This document shows, one piece after another, positions 26,155-36,208 of a stretch of DNA of 64,000 bases. The stretch spans positions 11,996-75,995 of IMG/VR virus record IMGVR_UViG_3300014664_000015. One strand, written 5' to 3'. Each line of letters starts with the position of its first letter. Within the stretch, counting starts at the first letter, position 1. A program made the position numbers and the translations under genes. The DNA is from a virus. Its lineage: Duplodnaviria > Caudoviricetes. Below the pieces are notes generated by a model. It saw only the letters and a program-made list of their open reading frames with translations. It did no database searches and had not been told where the DNA came from.

Positions 26155-26475
26155 TTATATTGCAGGGCAATCATCATCTAATGCACGATTGATGAAGAAC
26201 GTCACCCTACCCAGCACTTCCACTTCTTCAAGCGCTGATCCCTCAATCGCTTCACCATCATCCGTAATGAGCGCCTTGCCCATGAGTTTTGCAAATTGTG
26301 TGTGGCCGTCGCACAAAATTAACAACACATCTCCAGGCGTCTTTTTCGTTGCTGGCTCTATGACCGCAAACCCCATATCAGTTTCGAGCACCCTGCTTTC
26401 AGCCCCGATGTTGCACAGGATTGCTGGGGAAAGTTGACGCTCAACATAATCAGCTGCTGGTGATGCGAATCCCAT
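26155..26475 (-). CDS. UmuD'-like (S24-fold, pre-cleaved form) protein
   Basis: MGFASPAADYVE start; paralog of 15513-15836. Confidence 0.75.
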   Translation of the reverse strand: MGFASPAADYVERQLSPAILCNIGAESRVLETDMGFAVIEPATKKTPGDVLLILCDGHTQFAKLMGKALITDDGEAIEGSALEEVEVLGRVTFFINRALDDDCPAI

Positions 26476-26714
26476 CAGTGCACCCTCCCCATGTTACGCA
26501 GGATCCAGTAACGGTTTTCGCTACCGTCTGTCGTTTTATCAGCGAAACCAGGTTGGTTGCGCTCTATCCACTTGTTTGCATCGTCACGGGTAAAGTGCCA
26601 GTTAAAACCACGCAACTTTTGTATGAAGCGGTCTGTTCTCAGGTAGCGGTAGCCCTTTGGGTTAAGCTCTATGGCCGCAATAAAGGCGGCCTGAATATCT
26701 GAATTTCGGGGCAT
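26475..26714 (-). CDS. 79-aa SOS-regulated hypothetical protein
   Basis: MPRNSDIQAAF..., GGAG SD, LexA box upstream, coupled to the UmuD'-like gene. Confidence 0.75.
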   Translation of the reverse strand: MPRNSDIQAAFIAAIELNPKGYRYLRTDRFIQKLRGFNWHFTRDDANKWIERNQPGFADKTTDGSENRYWILRNMGRVH

Positions 26715-26734
26715 AATCTGCACTCCCTTTATTA

Positions 26735-26750
26735 CTGTGTTTATATACAG
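26735..26750. promoter_or_regulatory. LexA (SOS) box
   Basis: CTGTGTTTATATACAG. Confidence 0.88.
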
Positions 26751-26796
26751 TAGTTTCAAATGGAATGCAGATCAATTTGGGTTCGCCTATTAATTT

Positions 26797-28071
26797 TTAA
26801 GGCTGAATGTCCTCAGGCTGCTCTGTCAGTTCAAGAGAAGCTTCGGAAGCTCTTGTTTTCCAGATGCTATCCTCTGGCATATCGAGGCGAACGTCGATCC
26901 AGCTGTTGGCCGGAACATCCATAGGAGCCCCTTTTGTTTTGACGATCTCCCCTTCATCGCTCAGCATATATTTCCGCTTAAAAAGCCGAATCGTCAAACC
27001 ACCGCTTTCTGTCTGCTCCGCTTCAACAACACCCAGTTCTCCCATGCCGCCAGGGTCCATTGGCGGCAGTAATTGCCATCCCTCTGACGCCAGGCCTGCC
27101 GAACCAGTGAGTTCGTAAACCCCCGTGTCAAGGCGAGAAATGGATACTCCCTCTGCCTCGGCGTTAGCCGTGCCGCAGCCGCACCATGTGAATCCATCAT
27201 TTTCAATATCCGTACGCCGGTTCTCTCCCTGAGACTTAACGATTCTGGCAATGGGAGAAGCCTGCTTAATGGTTCCGTCAGAAGTTACTGTCGTATTTGA
27301 GGTTGTCCAGAATGTGAAATAACCGTCCTTAAAAGTGGGCAGATAGGTCACGCAAGTATTATTTCCGCCTTCCCATTGCCGTGCAGCAATGAAGGTTTTG
27401 TTACCCTCACTACCGAATGTAACTACCCGGCCGTAAGTGCCGTTTGGCTGGGCAGTCGACCATAAAGTAATTTGTGGATATGCTGCGGTAATTTTCAAAG
27501 GGCCAGTGAAGTTTTTCTCTCCTGAAATGGACTGGTTTCCTTCGATATTTACTGTTTTGTCTAAACCGAGGTTTGTGCGAGCGTCAGCGGCATTCTTTGC
27601 CCCGGTCCCTCCCTGCTCAATGCTGAGAGCTGTTTTCAGCCCAGAAAGGCTGGTAATGTCGCTGTTAGCCCCTTTCTTCGCCAGCGATTTTTGACCCGGT
27701 ACGGTAACGGCAGTGCCATTGATAGTGATGGTGACATCAGATGTCCCGTTCATTACATCAGCGAACCCGCTCATGTAGCGCTGGTACATCGTGAAGGTTT
27801 CAGCAATATCCTGCGCCAGACCATCCACGCTCAGACTGTCACTCAGAAGAATGGCAAACCGGGTTCCAGCGGGAACTGTTGGGTTAGCTGCTGGCGTAAC
27901 GGTAAGAGAGGTTGCGCTTCCAATCGCGGTAATCTGAAAAACCTGCGGCGGACTGGTCAGGGCGATAACAGTGCAGCCGTTACGAATAAGAGAACCAGCA
28001 GCAGTGAAGTTTGTGCCGGTACCTGTAAGGGTGTTTCCGCTGATGGCGATAGTGCCAGTAGTATAAATCAT
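26797..28071 (-). CDS. Tail fiber protein
   Basis: GTIAISGNTLTGTGTNF N-terminus, KGANSDITSL and ARTNLGL fiber motifs. Confidence 0.85.
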   Translation of the reverse strand: MIYTTGTIAISGNTLTGTGTNFTAAGSLIRNGCTVIALTSPPQVFQITAIGSATSLTVTPAANPTVPAGTRFAILLSDSLSVDGLAQDIAETFTMYQRYMSGFADVMNGTSDVTITINGTAVTVPGQKSLAKKGANSDITSLSGLKTALSIEQGGTGAKNAADARTNLGLDKTVNIEGNQSISGEKNFTGPLKITAAYPQITLWSTAQPNGTYGRVVTFGSEGNKTFIAARQWEGGNNTCVTYLPTFKDGYFTFWTTSNTTVTSDGTIKQASPIARIVKSQGENRRTDIENDGFTWCGCGTANAEAEGVSISRLDTGVYELTGSAGLASEGWQLLPPMDPGGMGELGVVEAEQTESGGLTIRLFKRKYMLSDEGEIVKTKGAPMDVPANSWIDVRLDMPEDSIWKTRASEASLELTEQPEDIQP

Positions 28072-28129
28072 GTTTTCTCCAGGCAATAAAAAACCCCGCC
28101 GGAGCGGGGTTTGTTCAAAACTGAATGGG

Positions 28130-28363
28130 TTAGTGGCAGGTGGTGCTGGTGAACGTGTTGGCGCTCACCCATGACCAGTTAAAGGGATAACCGGCGCGGT
28201 ACTGCGTCTGATTGTTTTGTTTACGGACTCCGTAGATCTGGACGCTGCTTTCCTGTCCGCCGACCAGGGCTGTTCCGGTGCATAAGGGTTGCTGCTTCTC
28301 AATAACGCCAGCGCAACCGGAGAGCAATACCGCTACCGCCAGGCAAAGAATCATATTTTTCAT
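28130..28363 (-). CDS. cor: Cor superinfection-exclusion lipoprotein
   Basis: LLSGC lipobox; VQIYGVRKQNNQTQYRAGYPFNW.WVS...F..TTC. Confidence 0.85.
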   Translation of the reverse strand: MKNMILCLAVAVLLSGCAGVIEKQQPLCTGTALVGGQESSVQIYGVRKQNNQTQYRAGYPFNWSWVSANTFTSTTCH

Positions 28364-28470
28364 AGTGGTTATATCCCAGGGCATTCATGAAGCTACACAA
28401 TAACAATATGAATCAACGGGATATAATTGATTTGATAGATCAATTATTCAAAATTGATCGCTAAAAACGA

Positions 28471-29142
28471 TCAATCATAGTTGGCGCAGTTAATGGCCAT
28501 AATCACGTTCCTCAGATTCGAATACGCAACGTTCTGAAGGTTGCCGCCGGGGGTTGTCTGCGGCCTGGCGAATATCCGCGTATTGCTTCCCTCAAGCTTT
28601 GCCATGCTCTTGTATATGGCCGAGTAGGGTTGCGGCTGACCGCCGGCGGATACAACCCCGGTAATTAGCCCCAGCATGGCAGGCATACAGGCCCACTTCC
28701 CCGCCAGAGTTGTATTGATGTTGTATCCTGAGCTGGCATCCACCCCGGCGGTACCGAGGGTGACAACATCGCTCAGCGTGCGCGTTTCGTTTGTTAAAAT
28801 CAGCGTCCCTGAAGCATCCCACACGGCCAGCCCGTAGTCTGGCTTTGTCTGCGGGAAAATAGAGAAAAAATAAACGTACGCTGTGCCGGTTGCATTCGGT
28901 CTGAGAAAATCAATCGTGATGGTGTTCCCGCTTATCGTTTGAGTGATTTCGACCTCTACCGTGCAATGAACGAAGGCGACAACAGGCTGACCTGCGGGGA
29001 ATGTGTGCGTCACTTTGGTATTAAAACCCGATGTTCCCTGAAGTGCCGCTGTCTTTCGCGCCTGTAGAGCGATTGGCGAGCTGTTCGCGGTCACCCATAC
29101 TTCCCCGCTGGTCGTCGTCAGTAAAACGCCATACTCCGCCAT
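28471..29142 (-). CDS. Tail tip accessory protein (DUF6453-like)
   Basis: YG-repeat segments (AEYGVLL, DYGLAVWDASG), downstream of J. Confidence 0.7.
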   Translation of the reverse strand: MAEYGVLLTTTSGEVWVTANSSPIALQARKTAALQGTSGFNTKVTHTFPAGQPVVAFVHCTVEVEITQTISGNTITIDFLRPNATGTAYVYFFSIFPQTKPDYGLAVWDASGTLILTNETRTLSDVVTLGTAGVDASSGYNINTTLAGKWACMPAMLGLITGVVSAGGQPQPYSAIYKSMAKLEGSNTRIFARPQTTPGGNLQNVAYSNLRNVIMAINCANYD

Positions 29143-29457
29143 TTATGCCCTCTCGATCTGGAAAATGAGATAAGCCGCTGCCGCAGGCTCAGTCCCTGCT
29201 GAGTAGTCGGTATCGCCTACTGCTGACACTGTTGCTGTTCCCCCCGAAATGGTGATCTTCCTCCGACTCGTACCAAACTGATCGCCGTTCATGCTCTGAA
29301 AATAGGTCAGCCTGCAACCCGGTGGAAGCGCTACGGTGTAAGAGCCTGTTTTCTGGTTCTGGGCCAGCTGGAGATAGCCGCAAACGCTGACAGGCTTAAC
29401 GCCATAGTTATTTACCTTGCCTGAGGCGTCCCATGTCTGAACTCCATATTCCGCCAT
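29143..29457 (-). CDS. Tail tip accessory protein
   Basis: MAEYGVQTWDASG, directly after J. Confidence 0.7.
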   Translation of the reverse strand: MAEYGVQTWDASGKVNNYGVKPVSVCGYLQLAQNQKTGSYTVALPPGCRLTYFQSMNGDQFGTSRRKITISGGTATVSAVGDTDYSAGTEPAAAAYLIFQIERA

Positions 29458-29499
29458 CCAGTCCTCCTGAAAAAAAGAGGCCCCGTAAGAGGCCTCCCG

Positions 29500-32400
29500 T
29501 TACCATGTTCCCGTGATTCTCCCGATCTGCACCCTCAACACATTCCTGGAGTCCCGGACACTAATTGTCTGATTGGTTTGTTTCATTGCTCCCTCTCCAG
29601 CTGTGGAGCCGTAGTTTTCAAACGTCCCTGACTTATCCAGTTTCCACCCGACGGAACCAGCCACATAGTTATTTGACTGGAGGTAGTTACCGATCTTCGC
29701 GTTGCTAATGGTGCCGTCCTGGATGAACGTATCCCGGATGAAGGTCTGTCCGTTCTGGATAACGAACGGCAACGATACAGCCCCACCAGCCTGCGTCATC
29801 ACCGCGAAGCGGTCAGCCAGGAACAGCACCTGCGACTGCATGCCCGATGGAGTGTTTTCTACACCGATCCCCATTCCGGCGGCATACTGCTTTCCATTCG
29901 CGTCCACGGCAACCTTGATGCTGTACATCGCCTTCAGGTCACCACTAACGTTTGCTATCGCCTGAGCGTTAGTGCTGATCGCTGAAGTGTGCCCGTTGAT
30001 GGTCGCCGTGATGCCGTTTATCTGCGTGGCCGTGGCCTGCTGATAATTGGAAAACGTCTGGTTCAGGCTGTTAATTGCTGCCTTGTTGCCGTTCACGTCA
30101 GTCTGCACACTCAGCAGCGAACGCGCTGTTGCCTCCCTGTCGCTTGCCATGGCGCTGTCAATGCGATCGATGCCGGCCTTGCTGTCACCGTACTGCGCGC
30201 TGAGTGTCATCCGCTGATTAACCTGCGCCAGCGTACTCGTTATTAGCGCGATAGCGTTATTCTGGATGCCGCCGCTGGCAGTATCGGTTCTTGCTCCCAG
30301 CTCCTCCAGGCGGGATGCCATTGATGAAGTCGTGTCGGTGACAACCTGTCGCAACGTGGTAATATCAGCAGTGTTTTGTGAGCTGGCTTGTTCAGCTGCA
30401 TCTGCCTTACCTGATGCAGCGTCAGCTTTACTCGAAGCCGAATCAGCTTTATCAGAAATGACCTGAGTACTCGCAGTAAGCTGGTCGACAGCTGTCGCCC
30501 TTGCCTGAGCTTCATCTGACAGAGCCTGCCTTACCTCGGTAATTCCCGCCTCGTTCTGCTCAGTTTTTGCCTCAAGACGAGTAACATCCGTGACGCGAGC
30601 CTCCGTCTCAGTGGCGATCACCTCCCGGAGCTGTTCGAAGGTCGCAGAGTTAGCGCCCTGCTGGGCTGTCTGCCGCACGACAACATCAGCAATAGCAAGC
30701 GCGTTGCCGATGATTGCTTCTGCTGTCTGCTTATTCGATCCAACCGCCGCTGCAAGACCATTTGCATTCTCTTTGATTGCATCAGCCAGTTCTGCGAACT
30801 TTTCACTGCTCTCCACCGCGCTCTCGATCAGGTCTTTGAACGTATCAGTCTCTTTAATCTCCTCCAGGATTGCATCGGTGATATCGGATACATCAATGCT
30901 GGCCTGCCCGCGCACAAAGTCTGTGTACCCTGATTCGTTTCCGCTGCGGTCCACCAGCTGCGCGCGGTACCAGAAAATTTGCCCTGCCTTAAGGCCCATC
31001 TGCTGATACTTGCGCTGCGGATAGGGTACGTCTGCCAGCAGCATCGCATCGTCTTCCGTCCCGGTCAGGCTGTACTGAATTTCCGTCTTCAGCGTGTCGT
31101 CGGTGTTCGCCGGGAATCCCCAGTTCAGCTCGATACCGAAAACCACATTATCAGAAGCGATGAAGCCGACCGGTTTCGGCGGATTGCCCACTTTCCCCGT
31201 CAGCGTTTTCTCTTCTGAATAGCCCCATCCGGACGAGATTTCTGCGGCATTGATTGCGCGTACGCGCACCAGGTAGCGCCCGGCATAAATCCCGGGGACG
31301 TCGAATGACGTGGTGGAGCTGCGCGGCACGTTAACCCAGTTCCCATCATTGCGGCGCCATTGCGCTTCATAGGCGATAGCGTTCTGCGCCTGTTCCCAGC
31401 TCACGCGCATCGTTTCGACGCTGATATTTTGCTGCACCACAGAAAACGAGCTGATCACGATGTTCGCAGGCGGCGACTGGTTGCCCGGCGGGATCACGCT
31501 CACCGGCCGCTGGTCAATGATGGCTCCGGTATCGATTCGGGCATATTTATCCGGATCGTGCCATGCACCGGTAATGGTGAAAGTGCCATCATCGTTATCA
31601 GCGACACTCACAACACGATACTGCTGCGCATAGAGTTCGTTTGACTCAACCACCCAGACAGCTTCGGCCTGAGGCGTCTCACTGTACGCGGTGGTGACTG
31701 TGACCGATTCCCCGTTAACCGCCTGAATGGTCCTGCTCTGTGACGCTCCGGAGGGAAGGTTGAGGATAAGGCGATCACCTGCTGCCGCATCAGCTACACG
31801 GTCAAGTTTGATAACGCGACCATTAACGGCGCTGATGCGGCCGCCCATAACCTTTCCGGAAAGCAGCTCGTCTGCCACAGCGATGATATAGCCAGGCTGC
31901 GGTATGTTTCCGTCTAGCCCGACATCGAACGAAACAACGCGATCTTTGTTGTTGGTGAGAATACCCCAGCGCCCCTTTCGGTTCGCTTCTGACTGTCTGG
32001 TACAGCCGATGGCTGTCATTTCCAGCTGATTGAAGCCGTACCGCGCCACCAGCGCCTGCTCGAATACGGGTTCCATCGCGTCAGCGTAGGCGTTACCGGG
32101 ATCGGACCATGAAACTAGCGCTGTAGTGTAGCGGGTTTTCGTGGTGCTGCTTGAATAGGTGAAGCGACCGCCAACAACGTTAGCGCGCGTATAGCTGTAA
32201 TCCACATCACGGGGCATATCGGCCAGAGCAACGATCTGATCGCCACCCCAGTACGTCATGCCACGGAATATGGCCGCAAAATCACGCAGGACTGTATAAG
32301 CGTCGTTTCGGTCCTGGATGTACACGTTGCAGGTATAGCGTGGTTCTGTTCCATCGCCACCCTTACCGTCCGGCACCATCTGATCGCAATACTGGGCGAC

Positions 32401-33333
32401 CTGATAAAGCGTCCATTTATCGATGTTAGCAGCAGTCAAACGGTGACCGAGGCCGAACCGGTCAGAAACAACCAGATCGTAAAATATCCACGCAGGGTTA
32501 TCCGTCCATGCCCACTTAAACGCCCCGGTCCATGTCCCGCTGTAAGAGCGGGTTTCCGGGTCGTAAGTATCAGGAACCCGAATAACGCGGCCACGAGGCT
32601 CACAGGAGATCTGAGGTATAGAACCATTAAACTGGCTGGAGTCGAATTCAATGTACAGCAGCGCGGTATTCGGATATCGCAATTTCGCATCAATCACCTC
32701 AGTGAAGCTCTGTAGCGTCATCGTGTCGCCGATTTTCGCGCTGTTAGCGTCAGCGGTAATTTTGCGCAGTCTGATTGTCCAGGTACTGCCAGCCTGAGGT
32801 AAATCAATACGGTGGCTACGCTCATAACCTGAGGTCGTTTTCCCGGTCACGCTGGTATTGAGGACTGTCTGCCATGTCCCGCCGTCAGTCTGCAAGTCAA
32901 TCGCGTAATTAACCGAGTATCCGACCAGATCGCCATCGTCCTCCTGTTTGAAAAGGGAGGGCCATTGCAGACGCAAACGTACCGCCGAAAGCTGGGTATT
33001 TGTAAAGGTTCGTGTCCATGCTGTAGCGCTCGTTACTTCAGTACCCACCCTAATTTCGTTTTCGGTGCCGGGTATACCCTGAATGTACTTCTGGGCCTGA
33101 GTACCCGAGCGAAATTCCCACGTAACGCCACTGAAGTTTTGGGAGCCGTCGGCGTTCTCCAGCGCCGTTCCGTCCAGGTAGATATCCTTCCCGGTGAGCT
33201 GTCCAGCAAACTCCCCTTCACCAAGCGCAACGAGGATCTTTGCCTTCGCTACAGATTGCAGATCATCAGGCTGTTCGGTAGGAGTTCGGGAGCTGGAGCT
33301 CCCCCCTTTTCGTCCGGTAATTGTTTTAGCCAT
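29500..33333 (-). CDS. Central tail fiber / host specificity protein J
   Basis: 1277 aa; ALGEGE N-terminus, FnIII-like repeats, coiled coil, DUF1983 (AGMGIG...FLADRFAV). Confidence 0.95.
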   Translation of the reverse strand: MAKTITGRKGGSSSSRTPTEQPDDLQSVAKAKILVALGEGEFAGQLTGKDIYLDGTALENADGSQNFSGVTWEFRSGTQAQKYIQGIPGTENEIRVGTEVTSATAWTRTFTNTQLSAVRLRLQWPSLFKQEDDGDLVGYSVNYAIDLQTDGGTWQTVLNTSVTGKTTSGYERSHRIDLPQAGSTWTIRLRKITADANSAKIGDTMTLQSFTEVIDAKLRYPNTALLYIEFDSSQFNGSIPQISCEPRGRVIRVPDTYDPETRSYSGTWTGAFKWAWTDNPAWIFYDLVVSDRFGLGHRLTAANIDKWTLYQVAQYCDQMVPDGKGGDGTEPRYTCNVYIQDRNDAYTVLRDFAAIFRGMTYWGGDQIVALADMPRDVDYSYTRANVVGGRFTYSSSTTKTRYTTALVSWSDPGNAYADAMEPVFEQALVARYGFNQLEMTAIGCTRQSEANRKGRWGILTNNKDRVVSFDVGLDGNIPQPGYIIAVADELLSGKVMGGRISAVNGRVIKLDRVADAAAGDRLILNLPSGASQSRTIQAVNGESVTVTTAYSETPQAEAVWVVESNELYAQQYRVVSVADNDDGTFTITGAWHDPDKYARIDTGAIIDQRPVSVIPPGNQSPPANIVISSFSVVQQNISVETMRVSWEQAQNAIAYEAQWRRNDGNWVNVPRSSTTSFDVPGIYAGRYLVRVRAINAAEISSGWGYSEEKTLTGKVGNPPKPVGFIASDNVVFGIELNWGFPANTDDTLKTEIQYSLTGTEDDAMLLADVPYPQRKYQQMGLKAGQIFWYRAQLVDRSGNESGYTDFVRGQASIDVSDITDAILEEIKETDTFKDLIESAVESSEKFAELADAIKENANGLAAAVGSNKQTAEAIIGNALAIADVVVRQTAQQGANSATFEQLREVIATETEARVTDVTRLEAKTEQNEAGITEVRQALSDEAQARATAVDQLTASTQVISDKADSASSKADAASGKADAAEQASSQNTADITTLRQVVTDTTSSMASRLEELGARTDTASGGIQNNAIALITSTLAQVNQRMTLSAQYGDSKAGIDRIDSAMASDREATARSLLSVQTDVNGNKAAINSLNQTFSNYQQATATQINGITATINGHTSAISTNAQAIANVSGDLKAMYSIKVAVDANGKQYAAGMGIGVENTPSGMQSQVLFLADRFAVMTQAGGAVSLPFVIQNGQTFIRDTFIQDGTISNAKIGNYLQSNNYVAGSVGWKLDKSGTFENYGSTAGEGAMKQTNQTISVRDSRNVLRVQIGRITGTW

Positions 33334-33385
33334 ATCGCGCCCATAAAAAAACCACCCGAAGGTGGCTTGTAAAAAGGTTTGTTAT

Positions 33386-33991
33386 CTACTGCTGATCTTC
33401 GACATAAATCCCGGCGGAAATAATCGCCCCGCCGATTCGCCGGCGGCCGTAAAGGAGCGGAACCGGGTAACCCTGTGCGGCGGTATTTGTCACCCCGCCA
33501 AACGCATACGATGCACGGTTATCTGCGCTTTGTTTACTGGCTATGCCTGATGGCTGCGGTGAAAGCAGCTGAATAACCCCACCGAGGACCAACGAGGCAC
33601 CAGTGGCAGCAGCAAACCCCGTCAAGCCACCAGCAGCGAAAGCAGCGCCAACACCACCAGAAACAAAGACAGCCGCGGCTATTAAAACTGCTCCTAATAT
33701 GGTCTGAAAAAGACCAGCTCGCTTACTACCGATAACAACTGGCATGATCCTTACTACGTCGCCTTCACACGGAAAACCCATCTCATCGGCGGCAATATTC
33801 CTTTTTCCTTTAAATACTGCGAAAGTTAATCCACGACGCTTACTGCTGATCATGAAGCTTTCGAAACCGGGTAATGTTTTACTTAAAGCAATAGCTGCTT
33901 CACCAGTACGGGATATAAGTCGCTTATGTGTTTTACCGAAGGTCTTTCCTAATACTCCGCCGAGCTGAATTGTTGTCATTACTTCTTTCAT
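33386..33991 (-). CDS. Tail assembly protein I
   Basis: Ubiquitin-like N-terminus, Gly/Ala hydrophobic stretch, GYPVPLLYG. Confidence 0.92.
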   Translation of the reverse strand: MKEVMTTIQLGGVLGKTFGKTHKRLISRTGEAAIALSKTLPGFESFMISSKRRGLTFAVFKGKRNIAADEMGFPCEGDVVRIMPVVIGSKRAGLFQTILGAVLIAAAVFVSGGVGAAFAAGGLTGFAAATGASLVLGGVIQLLSPQPSGIASKQSADNRASYAFGGVTNTAAQGYPVPLLYGRRRIGGAIISAGIYVEDQQ

Positions 33992-34034
33992 ATTCTCACC
34001 ATAAAAAAACCCGCCGAAGCGGGTTAAGTATTGG

Positions 34035-34376
34035 TTAGATACAGTGTTCTATTACTTTTATCCGGCTGTTGATTCGATAAGCAAAAAGGCCACCTTGATG
34101 TCGAAATTCTATCTTGGTAATTCCACCTTCAGATATTAAATCAACCATCTCAAGTTGAGATTGTGTAAAAACAGTTTTGCCACCGTCATAAGGCTGAATA
34201 AAAACGCTTCCGTATTTTTGGCTTTCTTCTTGCCAGCCAACAAGTATACATTCAGATACCGCATCAATTTTTTTCCTTGTTTGAAAAGTATTTGACGCTG
34301 GCTCATTCCGAAGATCCTGCATGCTCGAACATCCAGCCATGACTAACAAAGAAAGTGCCAAAAATGCTTTTTTCAT
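34035..34376 (-). CDS. Lipoprotein moron between K and I
   Basis: LVMAGC lipobox; extended -10 (TGcTAACCT) at end of K; terminator at ~34004-34026. Confidence 0.8.
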   Translation of the reverse strand: MKKAFLALSLLVMAGCSSMQDLRNEPASNTFQTRKKIDAVSECILVGWQEESQKYGSVFIQPYDGGKTVFTQSQLEMVDLISEGGITKIEFRHQGGLFAYRINSRIKVIEHCI

Positions 34377-34405
34377 ATCCCTATCCCCTTTGGTTTTACA
34401 AAAGG

Positions 34406-35116
34406 TTAGCACAGAGATTTGTAACGTAGAATCTTCATCGTTCGTTCCTGCCAGTAACCGCCATATGGTACTCGCTGACTCAAGTGACCGTACAGGTGGT
34501 GCAGCAGCATATTGCCCTCCAGCAGTATACCCGCGTGGTTCCACTTATCAGCCTGCACCTGCATGATCACCATATCGCCAGGTTTAGGCGGCCCGTCGAA
34601 TTCACGGAATCCGCACTCGTACCAGCAATCCTGATAGAAGTTGCCCGGATATTCGTTTTCCCACCAGGGATAATCAACCCGGTAATCGTGGAGTTCGATA
34701 CCATGCGTTTGCCGGAAATAGCTCATTACCAGCCCCCAGCAGTCAAAGTGCCCCAGCACAAACGGACGCTCCAGCAGTGGTAACTCTCCGCGCGGCTGAA
34801 TGGTGCGTAAATCCCCCTCGGGCCAGCTCACGATATGCCAGGGTAAAAGCGTTGCGTCGCATTGCGCTTTATCCAGTTCGCTCGGCTGCGTAGTGGCGTC
34901 AGGGTGGCTGTGAGCGATGGCGATCACCGTACCCCAGTCCTCAGCAGCTGCGTAATCTTCAGGGCAGAGGACAAAATTTTCCTCCGGCGCCGCGGCAAGA
35001 TTCCGGCACGGGAAATAACGTTCAACACGGCTTTTTTGCGCCACCACACCACAGCACTCACGAGGATATTCAGCAGCAGCATGCGCCATGATGGCATCAA
35101 TGGTTTTCTGGCGCAT
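34406..35116 (-). CDS. Tail assembly protein K (JAB + NlpC/P60)
   Basis: HSHPD JAB motif; DCWGLV and HAGI NlpC motifs. Confidence 0.93.
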   Translation of the reverse strand: MRQKTIDAIMAHAAAEYPRECCGVVAQKSRVERYFPCRNLAAAPEENFVLCPEDYAAAEDWGTVIAIAHSHPDATTQPSELDKAQCDATLLPWHIVSWPEGDLRTIQPRGELPLLERPFVLGHFDCWGLVMSYFRQTHGIELHDYRVDYPWWENEYPGNFYQDCWYECGFREFDGPPKPGDMVIMQVQADKWNHAGILLEGNMLLHHLYGHLSQRVPYGGYWQERTMKILRYKSLC

Positions 35117-35117
35117 A

Positions 35118-35873
35118 TCAGCTCCTGATCAAAGATGTACCGACGAAACCACCATGCGAAAGCTCATTACCTTTGCCAAAACGTAGCTCACATGCTTTCA
35201 GCGTTCCGTTGCATTCATCCAGCGAGGGATCGCTCACCGGGTTATTGTTTTTGTCGAAATAGCGGGTTCCGGCATAGTCGCAACCATCACCGGTACGGTA
35301 CTTGTTACGGATGCACCAGGTGCACAACGAATGGAGCTGGCGCGTAGGTATCATCAGCCCCTGCAGATCCATTGGGCTGGAGAGGGTGAATTCGACTACC
35401 TCGTTTGTTTCGCTACTCTTTGAATCGATGTAGAAAACCTTCAGCTTTTCCTGGGTCGGATCGGCTGTCGGGTTACCCCCGGTGAAGTTTTTCGCATCGA
35501 GATATTTACCCAGGGTGTCGTGTATCGTCACCTTCGCCTGCAGCATATCGTCGTAAGCCAGGCAAAGGGCGGTGATCGAGCTGTCGAGGTTAGCAACCGA
35601 AAGTTTTGGTTGCGCACTACTTCCCGAAGTAGAAGCCTCGATCCCCTCAATCTGGCATGGCCACGCTTTATATTCTTCGCCCTGCCACCAGATTGATTTG
35701 GCCGGAAGCTTGTTTTCGTCACCGCCGGCCGCCGTTATTTCTGCTTCAGTATGTGCGAGGCTGTAGCTGTGAAACCGTAACACCTCACCTGTACCAAATG
35801 CAGTGCCATCCACTTCAAACAGCCTGACCTCATCGCCGGGTTCAAGCTTCTGATAATCTGCGTTAAGACTCAT
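35118..35873 (-). CDS. Minor tail protein L
   Basis: Fe-S Cys pattern CTW...GCDY...C.....C..RFG. Confidence 0.93.
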   Translation of the reverse strand: MSLNADYQKLEPGDEVRLFEVDGTAFGTGEVLRFHSYSLAHTEAEITAAGGDENKLPAKSIWWQGEEYKAWPCQIEGIEASTSGSSAQPKLSVANLDSSITALCLAYDDMLQAKVTIHDTLGKYLDAKNFTGGNPTADPTQEKLKVFYIDSKSSETNEVVEFTLSSPMDLQGLMIPTRQLHSLCTWCIRNKYRTGDGCDYAGTRYFDKNNNPVSDPSLDECNGTLKACELRFGKGNELSHGGFVGTSLIRS

Positions 35874-36208
35874 GGTTTATAGGTCTGCTCAAAAGTTGCT
35901 GAAAGGTTGAAGAGCCCAGCGCCAAGCGGCGAAGGAGTGTAAGTATCACAGCGATACAACCCCAGTGGTTCAAGCGGTGGGTGCCACTGAAAAGACTTTG
36001 TTCCCTGATGGCGATCGAGAAAGTTTTTAATGGCCCCGATATACGCTTCGGTACCGGTAAACTGTAAATTCCACTTTTGTGAACGCGGATTTAATCCGTC
36101 ACCGGCCACCTGTTCATATCCGTCACCAAATTTTGCGGAGCGCCGGCGGAACGTTACCTCCTGCTCCGCGTTGATGCGTGGGCACCAGCTGAATGTTTCA
36201 AGAGCCAT
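35870..36208 (-). CDS. Minor tail protein M
   Basis: FGDGYEQ...GLN motif. Confidence 0.92.
   Translation of the reverse strand: MALETFSWCPRINAEQEVTFRRRSAKFGDGYEQVAGDGLNPRSQKWNLQFTGTEAYIGAIKNFLDRHQGTKSFQWHPPLEPLGLYRCDTYTPSPLGAGLFNLSATFEQTYKP

Noticed and set aside
26797-28071. Invertible or DGR-diversified tail fiber
   Set aside because: No invertase, reverse transcriptase, inverted crossover sites or template repeat seen.
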